A DNA stretch of 64,000 bases, from contig JBJEWF010000020.1 in assembly GCA_051884915.1 (NCBI GenBank), forward strand, positions 13,155 through 77,154, read 5' to 3'. A model generated the notes under the pieces. The model saw nothing but the letters and a program-made list of their open reading frames with translations, was not told where the DNA came from and made no database searches. Positions 46,324 through 55,810 of this stretch are shown here, in pieces (position 1 is the first letter of the stretch; each line of letters starts with the position of its first letter). The DNA comes from Kiritimatiellia bacterium. Lineage in GTDB: Bacteria > Verrucomicrobiota > Kiritimatiellia > RFP12 > UBA1067. The position numbers and the translations under genes are program-made.

Positions 46324-48248
46324 TTTGCCGTCCCAGGCGCGCCAACGAGCGCGGCCCCCGAGAAATAGACCGGCGAATCGGAGAACAGAACCGACCAGAC
46401 CTGCTTGCCGACCGCGCGGAACGCGATCTTGCGCCCCGCGTAGTTGTAGAACGTCGGCGTTCCGCCCGTGAACGTCAGCTGCCGGATCCGGGGCTCGCCG
46501 ACGCACCAGACGACTCCCGCCTTCGTTCCATCGGGCCGCGTCCACTGCGGGAAGAAGAACCGGCGGTCGGCGTCATGCCAGGGGCCGGGCGTCTGGACGG
46601 AACCCGCCGGACGCATCCGCGTGAATGCGCCATAGGCCGCGTAGGCCGGCTTCGGCGTGAAATCCGCATGCATCAACCCGAAATGGTGTTCGCTGTAATA
46701 GGGGTCGTCCTCGAAGGAACGGAGGTTGTAGGGGAAATAGGCCTCCACGCCTTCCGCGAACGCGATGGCGAGGCCGCGCGCCGTGAACTTCGCCTGATTC
46801 TCCTCGTTGTTCGTCCCCGCCATCACGCCCCGCGACGGATAGAGCGAACACAGGACGGCGGCGCCCGTCCGTTCGCCATGGTAGCGGATGACGGCCGCCG
46901 AGACGAGATCGACGCCATTCGTCGTCTTGCCCGCCACGAGCGGGATCCATTCGGACGTCGCGCCGATGCGGTCGGGCGCCAGGAAACGCTTGGCCGGGAA
47001 GCCCGTCGGCTCCTGCTTCACGCCGGCCGCCAGACCGGCGGGCGTGGCAAAGGTCGGGGCCTCTTCCGGATAGGTCCCCTTCTTGTCACACCACCAGGCG
47101 CGGAACCCGAACGGGAAGCGCCCCGCCGCGCCGCCATGCTGCATGCCCGCGACGGATTCGGCTCCGCGGCGGCCGAAATAGCAGGGCAGCCCGCCGAAAT
47201 CGACGAGCACGCCGCCCTGCCTGATGAACGCGTTGACGGCGTCCAGCGTGTCCGCGGGGAACGATTCGTCAAACGGATAGACGACCGCGTCGACGCCGCC
47301 CGCGGCCAGCAGACGGCAGGTTTCCTTCTGCGTGCAGGCGCGAACCGCGCTGCCGGCGGGCAGGATGTCGAGAAGTTCATTGGCAAGAGTCTGTTCCGGA
47401 TCCGCGCCATCGCTCTTCACGTCGGCCAGCACCACGTTCCAGGACGTCTGTCCGGGCCGGGCCGTCTTGAGTCCGGCGAGAATGATGCTTGGGAACGTCA
47501 CCTTGACGGAATGCGTCGGCCAGCCGATTTCCGAATACCAGATCGGCTTGTCGCCGCATCCGAATTCCGCCATGAGTTCGCGCAGTTTCTCCGTCTTCAC
47601 GTCCATCGAGCCTTCGGGCTGCGCCGGATGCGAATAGGGATGGACGTTCATGATGTCGAAGCTCTTCGCGGCGCCGGCCTCGAAAACCCGGCGGATGTAG
47701 TCGAGCGGCACGCCGGCCGTCCCCGTAAAAGTCACCCGGAGCGACGGATCGACGCTTTTGATCGTCTCGTACGCGGCCTGTAGCACCTTCGCGTAGTATA
47801 CGGGATCGGCCCCCTTGAAGAACCCGTCCAGATTCGCCTCGTTCCAGATTTCCCACACGGGCAGACGGCGGGCATAGTGCGACACCACCGTCCGGACGTA
47901 GGCCTTGTACGTCTCCATGTCCGCCGGCGGACGACCGCGATCGTAGCCGTAGAGAATCGGCAGCAGCGTGACCCCGCGAGCTTCCAGTTCGTCCAGCAGA
48001 CGGTCGTAGCCCGTGAAATCGTAGGACCCGTCCGCACGGCGGACGGCTTGGGAATCGAAATCGCTGCGGACATACCGGATGCCCGCCATCTCCATCGCGT
48101 CGAGCGTGCCCTTCAGACGATGCGCGCCGCGTTCGCTTCGCGTCACGTGGGCGCAGACGCCATACGGGCAGAACGCCCGGACCTCCGCCCCCGCGAATCC
48201 CGTTCCCGCCAGTGCCGCCACCAGCAAACCCGACCATGCTCGTCTCAT
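46320..48248 (-). CDS. secreted clan GH-A glycoside hydrolase (GH39/GH5-like)
   Basis: WEIWNEAN (acid/base), NVHPY, SEIGWPT (nucleophile), FGLM..D.TPKPAY. Confidence 0.82.
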   Translation of the reverse strand: MRRAWSGLLVAALAGTGFAGAEVRAFCPYGVCAHVTRSERGAHRLKGTLDAMEMAGIRYVRSDFDSQAVRRADGSYDFTGYDRLLDELEARGVTLLPILYGYDRGRPPADMETYKAYVRTVVSHYARRLPVWEIWNEANLDGFFKGADPVYYAKVLQAAYETIKSVDPSLRVTFTGTAGVPLDYIRRVFEAGAAKSFDIMNVHPYSHPAQPEGSMDVKTEKLRELMAEFGCGDKPIWYSEIGWPTHSVKVTFPSIILAGLKTARPGQTSWNVVLADVKSDGADPEQTLANELLDILPAGSAVRACTQKETCRLLAAGGVDAVVYPFDESFPADTLDAVNAFIRQGGVLVDFGGLPCYFGRRGAESVAGMQHGGAAGRFPFGFRAWWCDKKGTYPEEAPTFATPAGLAAGVKQEPTGFPAKRFLAPDRIGATSEWIPLVAGKTTNGVDLVSAAVIRYHGERTGAAVLCSLYPSRGVMAGTNNEENQAKFTARGLAIAFAEGVEAYFPYNLRSFEDDPYYSEHHFGLMHADFTPKPAYAAYGAFTRMRPAGSVQTPGPWHDADRRFFFPQWTRPDGTKAGVVWCVGEPRIRQLTFTGGTPTFYNYAGRKIAFRAVGKQVWSVLFSDSPVYFSGAALVGAPGTAK

Positions 48249-48249
48249 G

Positions 48250-49296
48250 CTACTCCCTCCAATTCTGGACTCGTTTCACCACATCGGCGCAGGCATCGGC
48301 TTCGGGGCAGCGCCCGACCAGCCGTCCGCGCTCGTAGATCAGAAACTCGCCCGTGCCGCCGCACAAGGCGATGTCCGCGTTCCGGGCCTCGCCCGGACCG
48401 TTCACCACGCAGCCCATCACGGCCACGCGCGGCCGCGGCGCGTGCGGAAATTTCCGGTAATGGGCGTCCAGCGCCGACTCCACCGCCGCCGCGACGGCGC
48501 AGACGTCGGCCCTGGTCCGGCCGCACGTCGGACAGCTCGTGACGGCCGCCCCCGGCGCCCTCAGGCCCAGCGCCCGGAGGATCTCCAGGCCCACGCGGAC
48601 TTCGCGTTCGGGCCGGTCCGTCAGCGACACGCGAATCGTGTCGCCGAGGCCTTCCGCCAGAAGGATGCCAAGCGCCACGGCGGAACGGACCGTGCCGGGG
48701 AGGAACGTCCCCGCCTCCGTCACGCCCAGATGGAGCGGGCAATCCGTCTTCCCGGCGAGTTCGCGGTAGGCCGCCAGCGTCCGCGGCACGTCGCTCGCCT
48801 TGACGGAAACGACGATCTCCCGGAACCCCTCGTCCTCCAGCAGCTTCACGTGCTTCAATGCCGAAGACACGAGCGTCTCTCCCGGCTCCAGCGATCCGCC
48901 GTTGACGCCAATGCGGATGGGGACGTGGCGCTCTTTCGCCGCGCGCGCCACGGCGCGGACGTTCTCGCGGCCGCCGACGTTGCCGGGATTCAGCCGCAGG
49001 GCGTCGACCCCCGCCGCGATGGAGGCGAGCGCCAGACGGTAGTCGAAATGGATGTCCGCGACCAGCGGGACCGGCGAGGACCGGCGCACGGCGCCGAGCA
49101 CGCGGGCGGCTTCCGCGTCGGGAACCGTCAGCCGCACCAGATCCGCCCCGGCTTCGGCGCAACGCCGGATCTGCGCGGACAGAGCCGCCGCATCATGCGG
49201 GTCCGCGGTGGCCATGGTCTGGACGGACACGGGCGCGCCCCCGCCAAGCGGCAGACCGCCAATGCGCACGACACGCGTCTCGAACCGCGTCGCCAA
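48250..49296 (-). CDS. ispG: (E)-4-hydroxy-3-methylbut-2-enyl-diphosphate synthase
   Basis: VADIHF, RLNPGN, RIGVNGGSL, HLGVTEAG, SCPTCGR, VMGCVVNGPGE. Confidence 0.97.
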   Translation of the reverse strand: MATRFETRVVRIGGLPLGGGAPVSVQTMATADPHDAAALSAQIRRCAEAGADLVRLTVPDAEAARVLGAVRRSSPVPLVADIHFDYRLALASIAAGVDALRLNPGNVGGRENVRAVARAAKERHVPIRIGVNGGSLEPGETLVSSALKHVKLLEDEGFREIVVSVKASDVPRTLAAYRELAGKTDCPLHLGVTEAGTFLPGTVRSAVALGILLAEGLGDTIRVSLTDRPEREVRVGLEILRALGLRAPGAAVTSCPTCGRTRADVCAVAAAVESALDAHYRKFPHAPRPRVAVMGCVVNGPGEARNADIALCGGTGEFLIYERGRLVGRCPEADACADVVKRVQNWRE

Positions 49297-49302
49297 CCCG
49301 CC

Positions 49303-50535
49303 TCACTCCTTGCCGGGAGACGCGACCGCGGCCGCGTTCGTCACAGCCGCCGGGCACCCGCCCAGATCGAACGCCGGCCTGAAATTCCCGGCGGCAAGCC
49401 GCCGCCGTCCTTCGGCCTCCCGGCGGACTTCGAGATCCGCCAGGGCGCCATGGATCCGGACCGAACGGCGGACGTCGCGGAACACCAGAAAGACCATCAG
49501 CGCGAGGAACAGCCACATGAATCCCAGGGAAAGGCCGTCGACGATCCTTTTCGAGACCTTGCGGCGGAACAGCAGCTCGAAAAGGGCAAAGAGGATGAGC
49601 CCGCCGTCCAGCACGGGAATCGGAAGCAGATTCAACATGGCCAGGTTGACGTTCAGGAAACGGAGAAAGCCGATCGCGTCCCACCCGTTATGGCGGACCT
49701 GGCGGTAGAGCCCCTCGGCAATCATCACCGGACCGCCGAGAGCATTGGCGGCGGCCCCCGCCTCGCGCGGCGTCACCAGCGCCTTCAAGACGCGCGAGAT
49801 GGACATCACGTCCCACCGGAGCTGTTTCAGCGGATTGCGCGAAGGCATCCAGGCCGACGCGCCCGTCGTCAGATTCGTCGACGAAAGCGCCAGCATGTAC
49901 CACGCGCCCGTGACCTCGTCCCGTTTGGGGCGGATGCTCAGCGTGACGGTCCCGCCGGCCCGTTCAACCTCAAACGCGGCATCCTTGCCGCCGGAAATCT
50001 GCAGTTCCGTCTGCATGTCGGTCCACGTGCGGACGCCATGCCCGTTGACGCCCACAACGCGGTCGCCGCACTGGAGGCCGCCCACTGCGGCAGGCCCCCC
50101 GGGAACGACCTCGCCAATGACGGCCGGCGTCTCGCCGAAGCGCGCCGCCGGCGCGAGCGAAAGCCCCAAGGCCAGCGCCACGGCCAGCACGACATTCCCG
50201 AACGGCCCCGCGAAGGCCACGGCGATGCGCTTCCAGGCCGGCGCCTCCTCCAGTTTCCCGTCAGTTTCCGTGCTTCCGTTCTCAATCGCCTTCGTGCCCT
50301 CCGGATCCAGCTGCGGCAGGGCCACATAGCCGCCAAACGGAATCGCGGAGATGCGATACTCGACGCCGCCATGCGACTTCTTCCAGAGCGCGGGACCAAA
50401 TCCGATCGAAAACACTTCGACCTTGAATCCAAGCGCCTTCGCCACGATGAAATGGCCGAATTCGTGGATGAAGACCGCCAGCGAGAACAGCAGCACGCAG
50501 GCGACGATGCCCAACACGGTGTAAATCGTTTCCAT
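49303..50535 (-). CDS. rseP: RIP metalloprotease RseP (one PDZ domain)
   Basis: HEFGH, FSIGFG, PFGGYV, AGPFGN, NLLPIPVLDGG. Alternative coupled start at 50589. Confidence 0.93.
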   Translation of the reverse strand: METIYTVLGIVACVLLFSLAVFIHEFGHFIVAKALGFKVEVFSIGFGPALWKKSHGGVEYRISAIPFGGYVALPQLDPEGTKAIENGSTETDGKLEEAPAWKRIAVAFAGPFGNVVLAVALALGLSLAPAARFGETPAVIGEVVPGGPAAVGGLQCGDRVVGVNGHGVRTWTDMQTELQISGGKDAAFEVERAGGTVTLSIRPKRDEVTGAWYMLALSSTNLTTGASAWMPSRNPLKQLRWDVMSISRVLKALVTPREAGAAANALGGPVMIAEGLYRQVRHNGWDAIGFLRFLNVNLAMLNLLPIPVLDGGLILFALFELLFRRKVSKRIVDGLSLGFMWLFLALMVFLVFRDVRRSVRIHGALADLEVRREAEGRRRLAAGNFRPAFDLGGCPAAVTNAAAVASPGKE

Positions 50536-50585
50536 AGAAGCGGGAATTTGGAGGTGAAAGGTGAAATCGGCCGCTGTCCCGTCCG

Positions 50586-51722
50586 TCATTTCATCGGGCA
50601 GCCGACGTTGTCCTTGAAGACGTAGCCGTCTCCATGGCCGCCCAGGTCGACGACCATGTCCTGCATGTAGCCGTGGTAGAGCGCATTGTCCTTGACGACC
50701 GAATAGGCGAGATTCTTGAGGATGAAGCCGACCTGGGGCGTGTAGAGGCCCTTCCCGCCATCGTCGCGCCCGGCCAGGCAGGTGTTGCCCACCATCGTCA
50801 GGCCCCGGCAGCCTTCCAGGCGGACCTGGCAGGACTTCTCGCCTTCGGCCAGCAGGTTCGAATCCTTGCCGCACCGGCGGAACACGTTGCCCGTCACGGT
50901 GACGGCTCGCGTGCCGATGGCGCAGAGGCCCGCGCCCCAGTTGCGGTCGAAGGAGTTGCCGGTCACGTTCCAGTCGTCGCCGCCGCCCAGCAGAAGCCCG
51001 TAGCCATGGTTCCACTCCACGCGGTTCGCGGTGAACATCACGGTCGCGCCGGCGCCCTCGCAGCCGAATCCGTTGCCGCCGTTGCCGGAGAACTGGTTGT
51101 CGGTCACGAATCCGTCCCAGCCGTTGATGCGCACGCCGTCGCCCTTGTTGTGGTAGCACTGGCTATGGCGGATGATGAAAAGCCAGATGCGCTTGAGGTA
51201 GATGCCGTGTCCGGAGAAATTCATCACTTTGATGTCGTCGAAGACGAACGAATCCTCCTTCCGGCTCCACTTCTCCTCGTTGTTGAGATAGATGCCGTGG
51301 ACCGGCTGCGGCGTTTCGCGCAGGCCGTTGAGGACGAGTCCGTGCACGTGCACGCCAAAAGCCCCCGTGATGTCCAGCAGGCATGACGCCGACGGATCGT
51401 CGAGTTCGAGGACGGCGCCGGCCTTGGCGCCCTGGAAGATCCACACGGGATCCGCGAGAAGCGTCACGTGCGGCGGGACCCTGAGGCCATGGCAGCGGTA
51501 GACGCCCGCCGGGAACCAGACCGTCCCGCCAACGCCCCCCGCCGTCTCCAGCGCCTTCTGGATGGCGGCCGTGTCCGACGTCCTGCCGTCGCCCGTCGCG
51601 CCAAAGTCCCGGACGTTGAAGCGCGTGTCGGTCGCCGTCCCCGGCGGAACGGCGCCGCGCGCCGGCAGCGCGGCCGCGAAAGCGCCCAGTCCGGCCCCCG
51701 CCAGAAAATTCCGTCTCTTCAT
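50586..51722 (-). CDS. Tat-exported right-handed beta-helix (pectate lyase-like) protein
   Basis: MKRRNFL Tat motif; FNVRDFGATGDG..DTAAIQKAL; repeated N-x-F-x-x-N-x-G-x-G coils. Confidence 0.85.
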   Translation of the reverse strand: MKRRNFLAGAGLGAFAAALPARGAVPPGTATDTRFNVRDFGATGDGRTSDTAAIQKALETAGGVGGTVWFPAGVYRCHGLRVPPHVTLLADPVWIFQGAKAGAVLELDDPSASCLLDITGAFGVHVHGLVLNGLRETPQPVHGIYLNNEEKWSRKEDSFVFDDIKVMNFSGHGIYLKRIWLFIIRHSQCYHNKGDGVRINGWDGFVTDNQFSGNGGNGFGCEGAGATVMFTANRVEWNHGYGLLLGGGDDWNVTGNSFDRNWGAGLCAIGTRAVTVTGNVFRRCGKDSNLLAEGEKSCQVRLEGCRGLTMVGNTCLAGRDDGGKGLYTPQVGFILKNLAYSVVKDNALYHGYMQDMVVDLGGHGDGYVFKDNVGCPMK

Positions 51723-51744
51723 GCCAGCTTTCCTTTCCTTGACC

Positions 51745-52551
51745 CTACTTTTTGCGGCCAATCAATCGCCTGGCCAGCGAAGCGAGAAACTCGGTCGGTC
51801 CCGGCAGCCCGGCCAGCGCCGCGATGGCCGCCGCCGTCTCCTCCCGCACGCGCGCGCCCACCGCCTCGCGCGAGAGCACGCACAACGACGAGAACGCGCC
51901 GTCCTCGCCGTCCAGCAGGTCGTCCTCGTACTGGAAAGCCATCCCCAGATGGAACGCATACCGGCGCAGCCGTTCAACCTGCCCGGGCGAACCGCCGCCC
52001 GCCCATCCCCCCATGCAGGCGGCCGCCATGAACAGGTCGGCGGTCTTGTGCTCGAAAATGAAGTCGAGACTGGACGACGGATCCGTCCGGGCCGACAGGG
52101 AGGCCTGGGAGACGTCGACGACCTGGCCGCAGACGACGCCAAAGCCGCGCATGGCGAGTTCGGAGACGATTTCGGGCACGTTCCGCGGCGACCGGACCGC
52201 CGTCCGGAACGCCAGCGCCTGAAGCGCGTCGCCCACGAGAATGGCGGTCGCCTCGCCGAATTCCGCCCACACGCTTGGCTTGCCGCGACGTTCCGCATCA
52301 TTGTCCATGGCGGGAAGATCGTCGTGGACGAGCGTGTAGGAATGGAGCAGTTCAACCGCGCAGGCCGGCGCAAGGGCGTCCTCGGCCCTGCCGCCCACCG
52401 CCTCCGCGGCGGCCAGGCAGACCAGCGGCCGCAACCGCTTGCCACCGCCTTCAACCGCCCACCGCATGCCCCGGGAAAGCGCCTGGGGACGGGCGTCCGG
52501 CGCCGGCAGCGTCCGATCCAGCTCGGCCTCTATGTCTTCAACCGTCAGCAC
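51745..52551 (-). CDS. ispA: polyprenyl (farnesyl/geranylgeranyl) diphosphate synthase
   Basis: GGKRLRP, VHDDLPAMDND..RRG, FQYEDDLLD. Confidence 0.9.
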   Translation of the reverse strand: MLTVEDIEAELDRTLPAPDARPQALSRGMRWAVEGGGKRLRPLVCLAAAEAVGGRAEDALAPACAVELLHSYTLVHDDLPAMDNDAERRGKPSVWAEFGEATAILVGDALQALAFRTAVRSPRNVPEIVSELAMRGFGVVCGQVVDVSQASLSARTDPSSSLDFIFEHKTADLFMAAACMGGWAGGGSPGQVERLRRYAFHLGMAFQYEDDLLDGEDGAFSSLCVLSREAVGARVREETAAAIAALAGLPGPTEFLASLARRLIGRKK

Positions 52552-52589
52552 GCGGCCCCGACCTTCTGCATTCCGCCTTCACCGCCGTT

Positions 52590-54317
52590 TCAGCTGGGCT
52601 TGTAGGAATCCTTCAGGACCACCGTCCGGTTGAAGACGGGCGCGCCGGCCCTCGAATCCTTTGAATCGGCCACGAAATAGCCTGTGCGCTCGAATTGAAA
52701 CCGGTCGCCCGGCGCGGCCTGCGCCAAGGCGGGCTCGACATAGGCGGAAACCTTCTTGAGCGAATCGGGATTGAGGTAGTTGAGAAAGCCTTCCGGACCG
52801 TCCTGCAGCGGATTCGGCACGGTAAAGAGACGGTCGTAGAGGCGGACCTCGGCCGACACGCCCGTCGCGCAGTCGACCCAGTGGATCGTTCCCTTCACCT
52901 TGTGTCCATCGGAGGCGTTGCCGCCCCAGCTGCCCTCGTCCCACGTGCAGTGGATTTCGACGAGACGGCCTTCGCAGTCCTTTTCGACCGACGTGCAGGT
53001 GACGATGCAGGCGCCGCGCAGACGGACCTCCCGGCCGGGCGCCAGGCGGAAGAACTTCTTCTCGGGCACCTCCATGAAGTCCGCGCGGTCGATCCACACC
53101 GTCCCGCCAAACGGGATTCTGCGCACGCCGGCGGCCCCGTCGAGCGGATTGTTCGCGGACTCGACCTCCTTGACCAGCCCTTCCGGCCAGTTGTCGATGA
53201 CAAGCCTGACCGGATCCAGCACGGCCATGCGCCGCGTCGCCGTCCGGTTCAGCTCTTCGCGCACGCACCATTCCAGCAGGGCGGGATCGCTTTCGGACTC
53301 GACCTTCGTCACGCCAACGCGGTCGCAGAACTCGCGGATGGCCGCGGGAGGAAACCCGCGGCGACGCATCGCGCAAACCGTCGGCAGGCGCGGATCGTCC
53401 CATCCCGACACGTGCTTCTCGGTCACGAGCTGGAGCAGCAGCCGCTTGGACATCACGGTCCAGGTGATGTTGAGGCGGGCGAATTCGCGCTGCCGCGGCC
53501 GGATCTTCACGCCGTTGCGGACAACGAGCATGCCCATTTCGTCGAGGCGGTCGACCACCCAATCGTAAAGCGGCCGGTGGACCTCGAACTCCAACGTGCA
53601 CATGGAATGCGTCACGCCCTCCAGCGCGTCCTCGATCGGATGGGCGAAGTCGTACATCGGATAGATGCACCACTTGTCCCCCAGATGGTAATGCGCAACG
53701 TGGCGAATGCGGTAGATCACCGGATCGCGGAAATGGATGTTCGGCGAGGCCATGTCGATCTTCGCGCGCAGACACCATTCCCCGTCCGCGTACTTGCCGT
53801 CGCGCATCTCCCGGAAAATCCTCAGATTGCGCGCCGGATCGGTGTCGCGCGAGGGAGACGGCGTGCCCGGCTTCTCCGGAACGCCACGGTAGCGCTTCCA
53901 CTCGTCCTGTCCCAGATTGCAGCAATAGGCCTGCCCGGCCCTGATCAGATTCTCGGCGATTTCGTACATCCTGTCGAACATGTTCGACGCGTTGTAGAAG
54001 CCGGCTTCGCCGGAATCGCCCGCGCCGGACCACTGGAACCCCAGCCAGTTGATGTCGTTCTTGATGTTCTGCGCGAACTCGTCCGACTCCTTTGTCGGGT
54101 TCGTGTCGTCCAGGCGCAAGTGGCATTCGCCGCCGAACTGCTTCGCCATCCCGAAGTCCACGCAGACGGCCTTGGCATGTCCGATGTGGATGTAGCCGTT
54201 CGGCTCCGGCGGGAACCGCGTCACCACGGTTCCGCCCGTACGCCCCGCACGGTGGTCTTCCTCAATCCACTGCCGCAGAAAATGGCGGCCGGTGTCCGAC
54301 TCCTTGACTTCTTCCAT
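52590..54317 (-). CDS. glnS: glutamine--tRNA ligase
   Basis: RFPPEPNGYIHIGH, YPMYD, CTLEF, MSKR, KVKGTIHWV, FQFERTGYF. Confidence 0.97.
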   Translation of the reverse strand: MEEVKESDTGRHFLRQWIEEDHRAGRTGGTVVTRFPPEPNGYIHIGHAKAVCVDFGMAKQFGGECHLRLDDTNPTKESDEFAQNIKNDINWLGFQWSGAGDSGEAGFYNASNMFDRMYEIAENLIRAGQAYCCNLGQDEWKRYRGVPEKPGTPSPSRDTDPARNLRIFREMRDGKYADGEWCLRAKIDMASPNIHFRDPVIYRIRHVAHYHLGDKWCIYPMYDFAHPIEDALEGVTHSMCTLEFEVHRPLYDWVVDRLDEMGMLVVRNGVKIRPRQREFARLNITWTVMSKRLLLQLVTEKHVSGWDDPRLPTVCAMRRRGFPPAAIREFCDRVGVTKVESESDPALLEWCVREELNRTATRRMAVLDPVRLVIDNWPEGLVKEVESANNPLDGAAGVRRIPFGGTVWIDRADFMEVPEKKFFRLAPGREVRLRGACIVTCTSVEKDCEGRLVEIHCTWDEGSWGGNASDGHKVKGTIHWVDCATGVSAEVRLYDRLFTVPNPLQDGPEGFLNYLNPDSLKKVSAYVEPALAQAAPGDRFQFERTGYFVADSKDSRAGAPVFNRTVVLKDSYKPS

Positions 54318-54331
54318 ATTCCACCCATATT

Positions 54332-54358
54332 AAAACGGCCCCGGCATCGTCCGGGGCC
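54332..54358 (-). terminator. Rho-independent terminator-like hairpin
   Basis: ggccccgg-6 nt-ccggggcc followed by gtttt on the minus strand. Confidence 0.55.
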
Positions 54359-54390
54359 CTCGCGTGAACATGCCGCTCTTCAATGCGCCC

Positions 54391-54870
54391 TCACCAGCCG
54401 AAATTCACGATCGGGAAGAAGGGCAGCATGCGATCGCCCTCCCCGATGACATTCCACAGCCCAAGCTGGAGACCCTTCATCGCATACGCCTGGTTGACGA
54501 GTCCCAGCTGGAAACCGCGCACGGTCCCGTCGGCGCCGTTCCACAGCCCGAACTGGGCGCCCTCGAAATCGCCTTCGACGAGGTTGACGAGTCCAAACTG
54601 CGCGCCCGCGGCGTCCGTGCCCACGGAACTCCACGCCGCGACCTGCAGCCCGTTCGCGCGCTCCCGCGTGCGGCCGACGAGGCCGACGTCAAGACCGTTG
54701 ACGTTCTGGCATTCGCCGTAGATGAGGCTCACGCGCAACCCGTTGACGGACGTCGTGGCGACGGGAATCTGCCCCGGAGAGAAGACGGACAGCATCACAT
54801 GGCCGTCCTGACTGGCCGACAGCGAAAGCGCCGCGCCGAGAATCATCAATGCCATCGTCAGTTTCTTCAT
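54391..54870 (-). CDS. secreted GxQxGLxN-repeat protein (LA_2272-like surface repeat)
   Basis: Signal peptide; GAQFGLVN, GAQFGLWN, GFQLGLVN, GLQLGLWN; ends FFPIVNFGW. Confidence 0.75.
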   Translation of the reverse strand: MKKLTMALMILGAALSLSASQDGHVMLSVFSPGQIPVATTSVNGLRVSLIYGECQNVNGLDVGLVGRTRERANGLQVAAWSSVGTDAAGAQFGLVNLVEGDFEGAQFGLWNGADGTVRGFQLGLVNQAYAMKGLQLGLWNVIGEGDRMLPFFPIVNFGW

Positions 54871-54945
54871 GTGGAACTCCACTTGTTGGTGATAGAATTG
54901 CACCATTATAGTCTTATCATGGCGAGATGACAAGGGGAATCGAAA

Positions 54946-55809
54946 TCAGGGCCCCGTGGGATCCGCGGGGGCCGCGGGCGGCGCGAAATCGGCACATGCG
55001 GACTCCGCGGGGGCCGTCTCGCGCGTCGGATTTCGTCTGGCGAATTCCTTCGCGAACGCGCGATAGGCCTCCGCGCCACGGCAAGACGGATCGTAGAAGA
55101 CCACGGGCTGGCCGAAACTCGGCGCTTCGGAGGTCCGGACATTGCGCGGAATCATCGTGTCGAACACCTTGTCGCCAAAGTGCTTCTTCACCTCTTCCAC
55201 CACGTCCGTCGACAGACGCGTCCGGAGGTCGAGCATCGTCATCAGAATGCCGTTGAGCTCCAGCGCGGGATTGGCGCCGCCGGCCTTCAGGCGTTCGATG
55301 AGATTCGACATCGTCGACAGACCCTCCAAAGCGTAATACTCGGCCTGCATCGGCACGAGAATGCCATCCGCCGCCGCCAGCGTCGACGTCATCAGGATGC
55401 CGAGAGACGGCGGGCAGTCGAGGAGAATGTAGTCGAACACATTCGCGTCCCGGATGGCCTGCAGCACGTTCCTCACGACCTGAAGGCGATCCGGGCGCTG
55501 GGCGAGATCGATTTCGGAACCGGAAAGGTTCACTTCCGACGGGATGACGTTCAGGTTCTCGTACGCCGTCGGCTGGATTACGTCCGCAATCTGCACCTGG
55601 CCGATCAGGCACGGATAGAGCGACACGCCCTCCTGGGGCTGCAGGCCAAGTCCCGTCGTCGCGTTGGCCTGCGGATCCAGATCGATCACCAGCACCGTCC
55701 GGCGCATCCTTGAAAGCGCCGCCGCCAGATTCACCACCGTTGTCGTCTTCCCCACGCCGCCCTTCTGGTTGGCAATCGCCACGACACGCGTCCTGATCTT
55801 CACGTCCAT
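54946..55809 (-). CDS. parA: ParA/Soj family ATPase
   Basis: NQKGGVGKTTT, DLDPQANAT, DCPPSLG, QAEYYALEG, IPRNVR.SEAPSFG. Confidence 0.95.
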   Translation of the reverse strand: MDVKIRTRVVAIANQKGGVGKTTTVVNLAAALSRMRRTVLVIDLDPQANATTGLGLQPQEGVSLYPCLIGQVQIADVIQPTAYENLNVIPSEVNLSGSEIDLAQRPDRLQVVRNVLQAIRDANVFDYILLDCPPSLGILMTSTLAAADGILVPMQAEYYALEGLSTMSNLIERLKAGGANPALELNGILMTMLDLRTRLSTDVVEEVKKHFGDKVFDTMIPRNVRTSEAPSFGQPVVFYDPSCRGAEAYRAFAKEFARRNPTRETAPAESACADFAPPAAPADPTGP

Positions 55810-55810
55810 C

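Noticed and set aside
54861-54880. parS-like half site (gtggaac) near parA; a similar one at about 14146-14160
   Set aside because: Several mismatches to the TGTTNCACGTGAAACA palindrome, and both lie in or overlap coding sequence.
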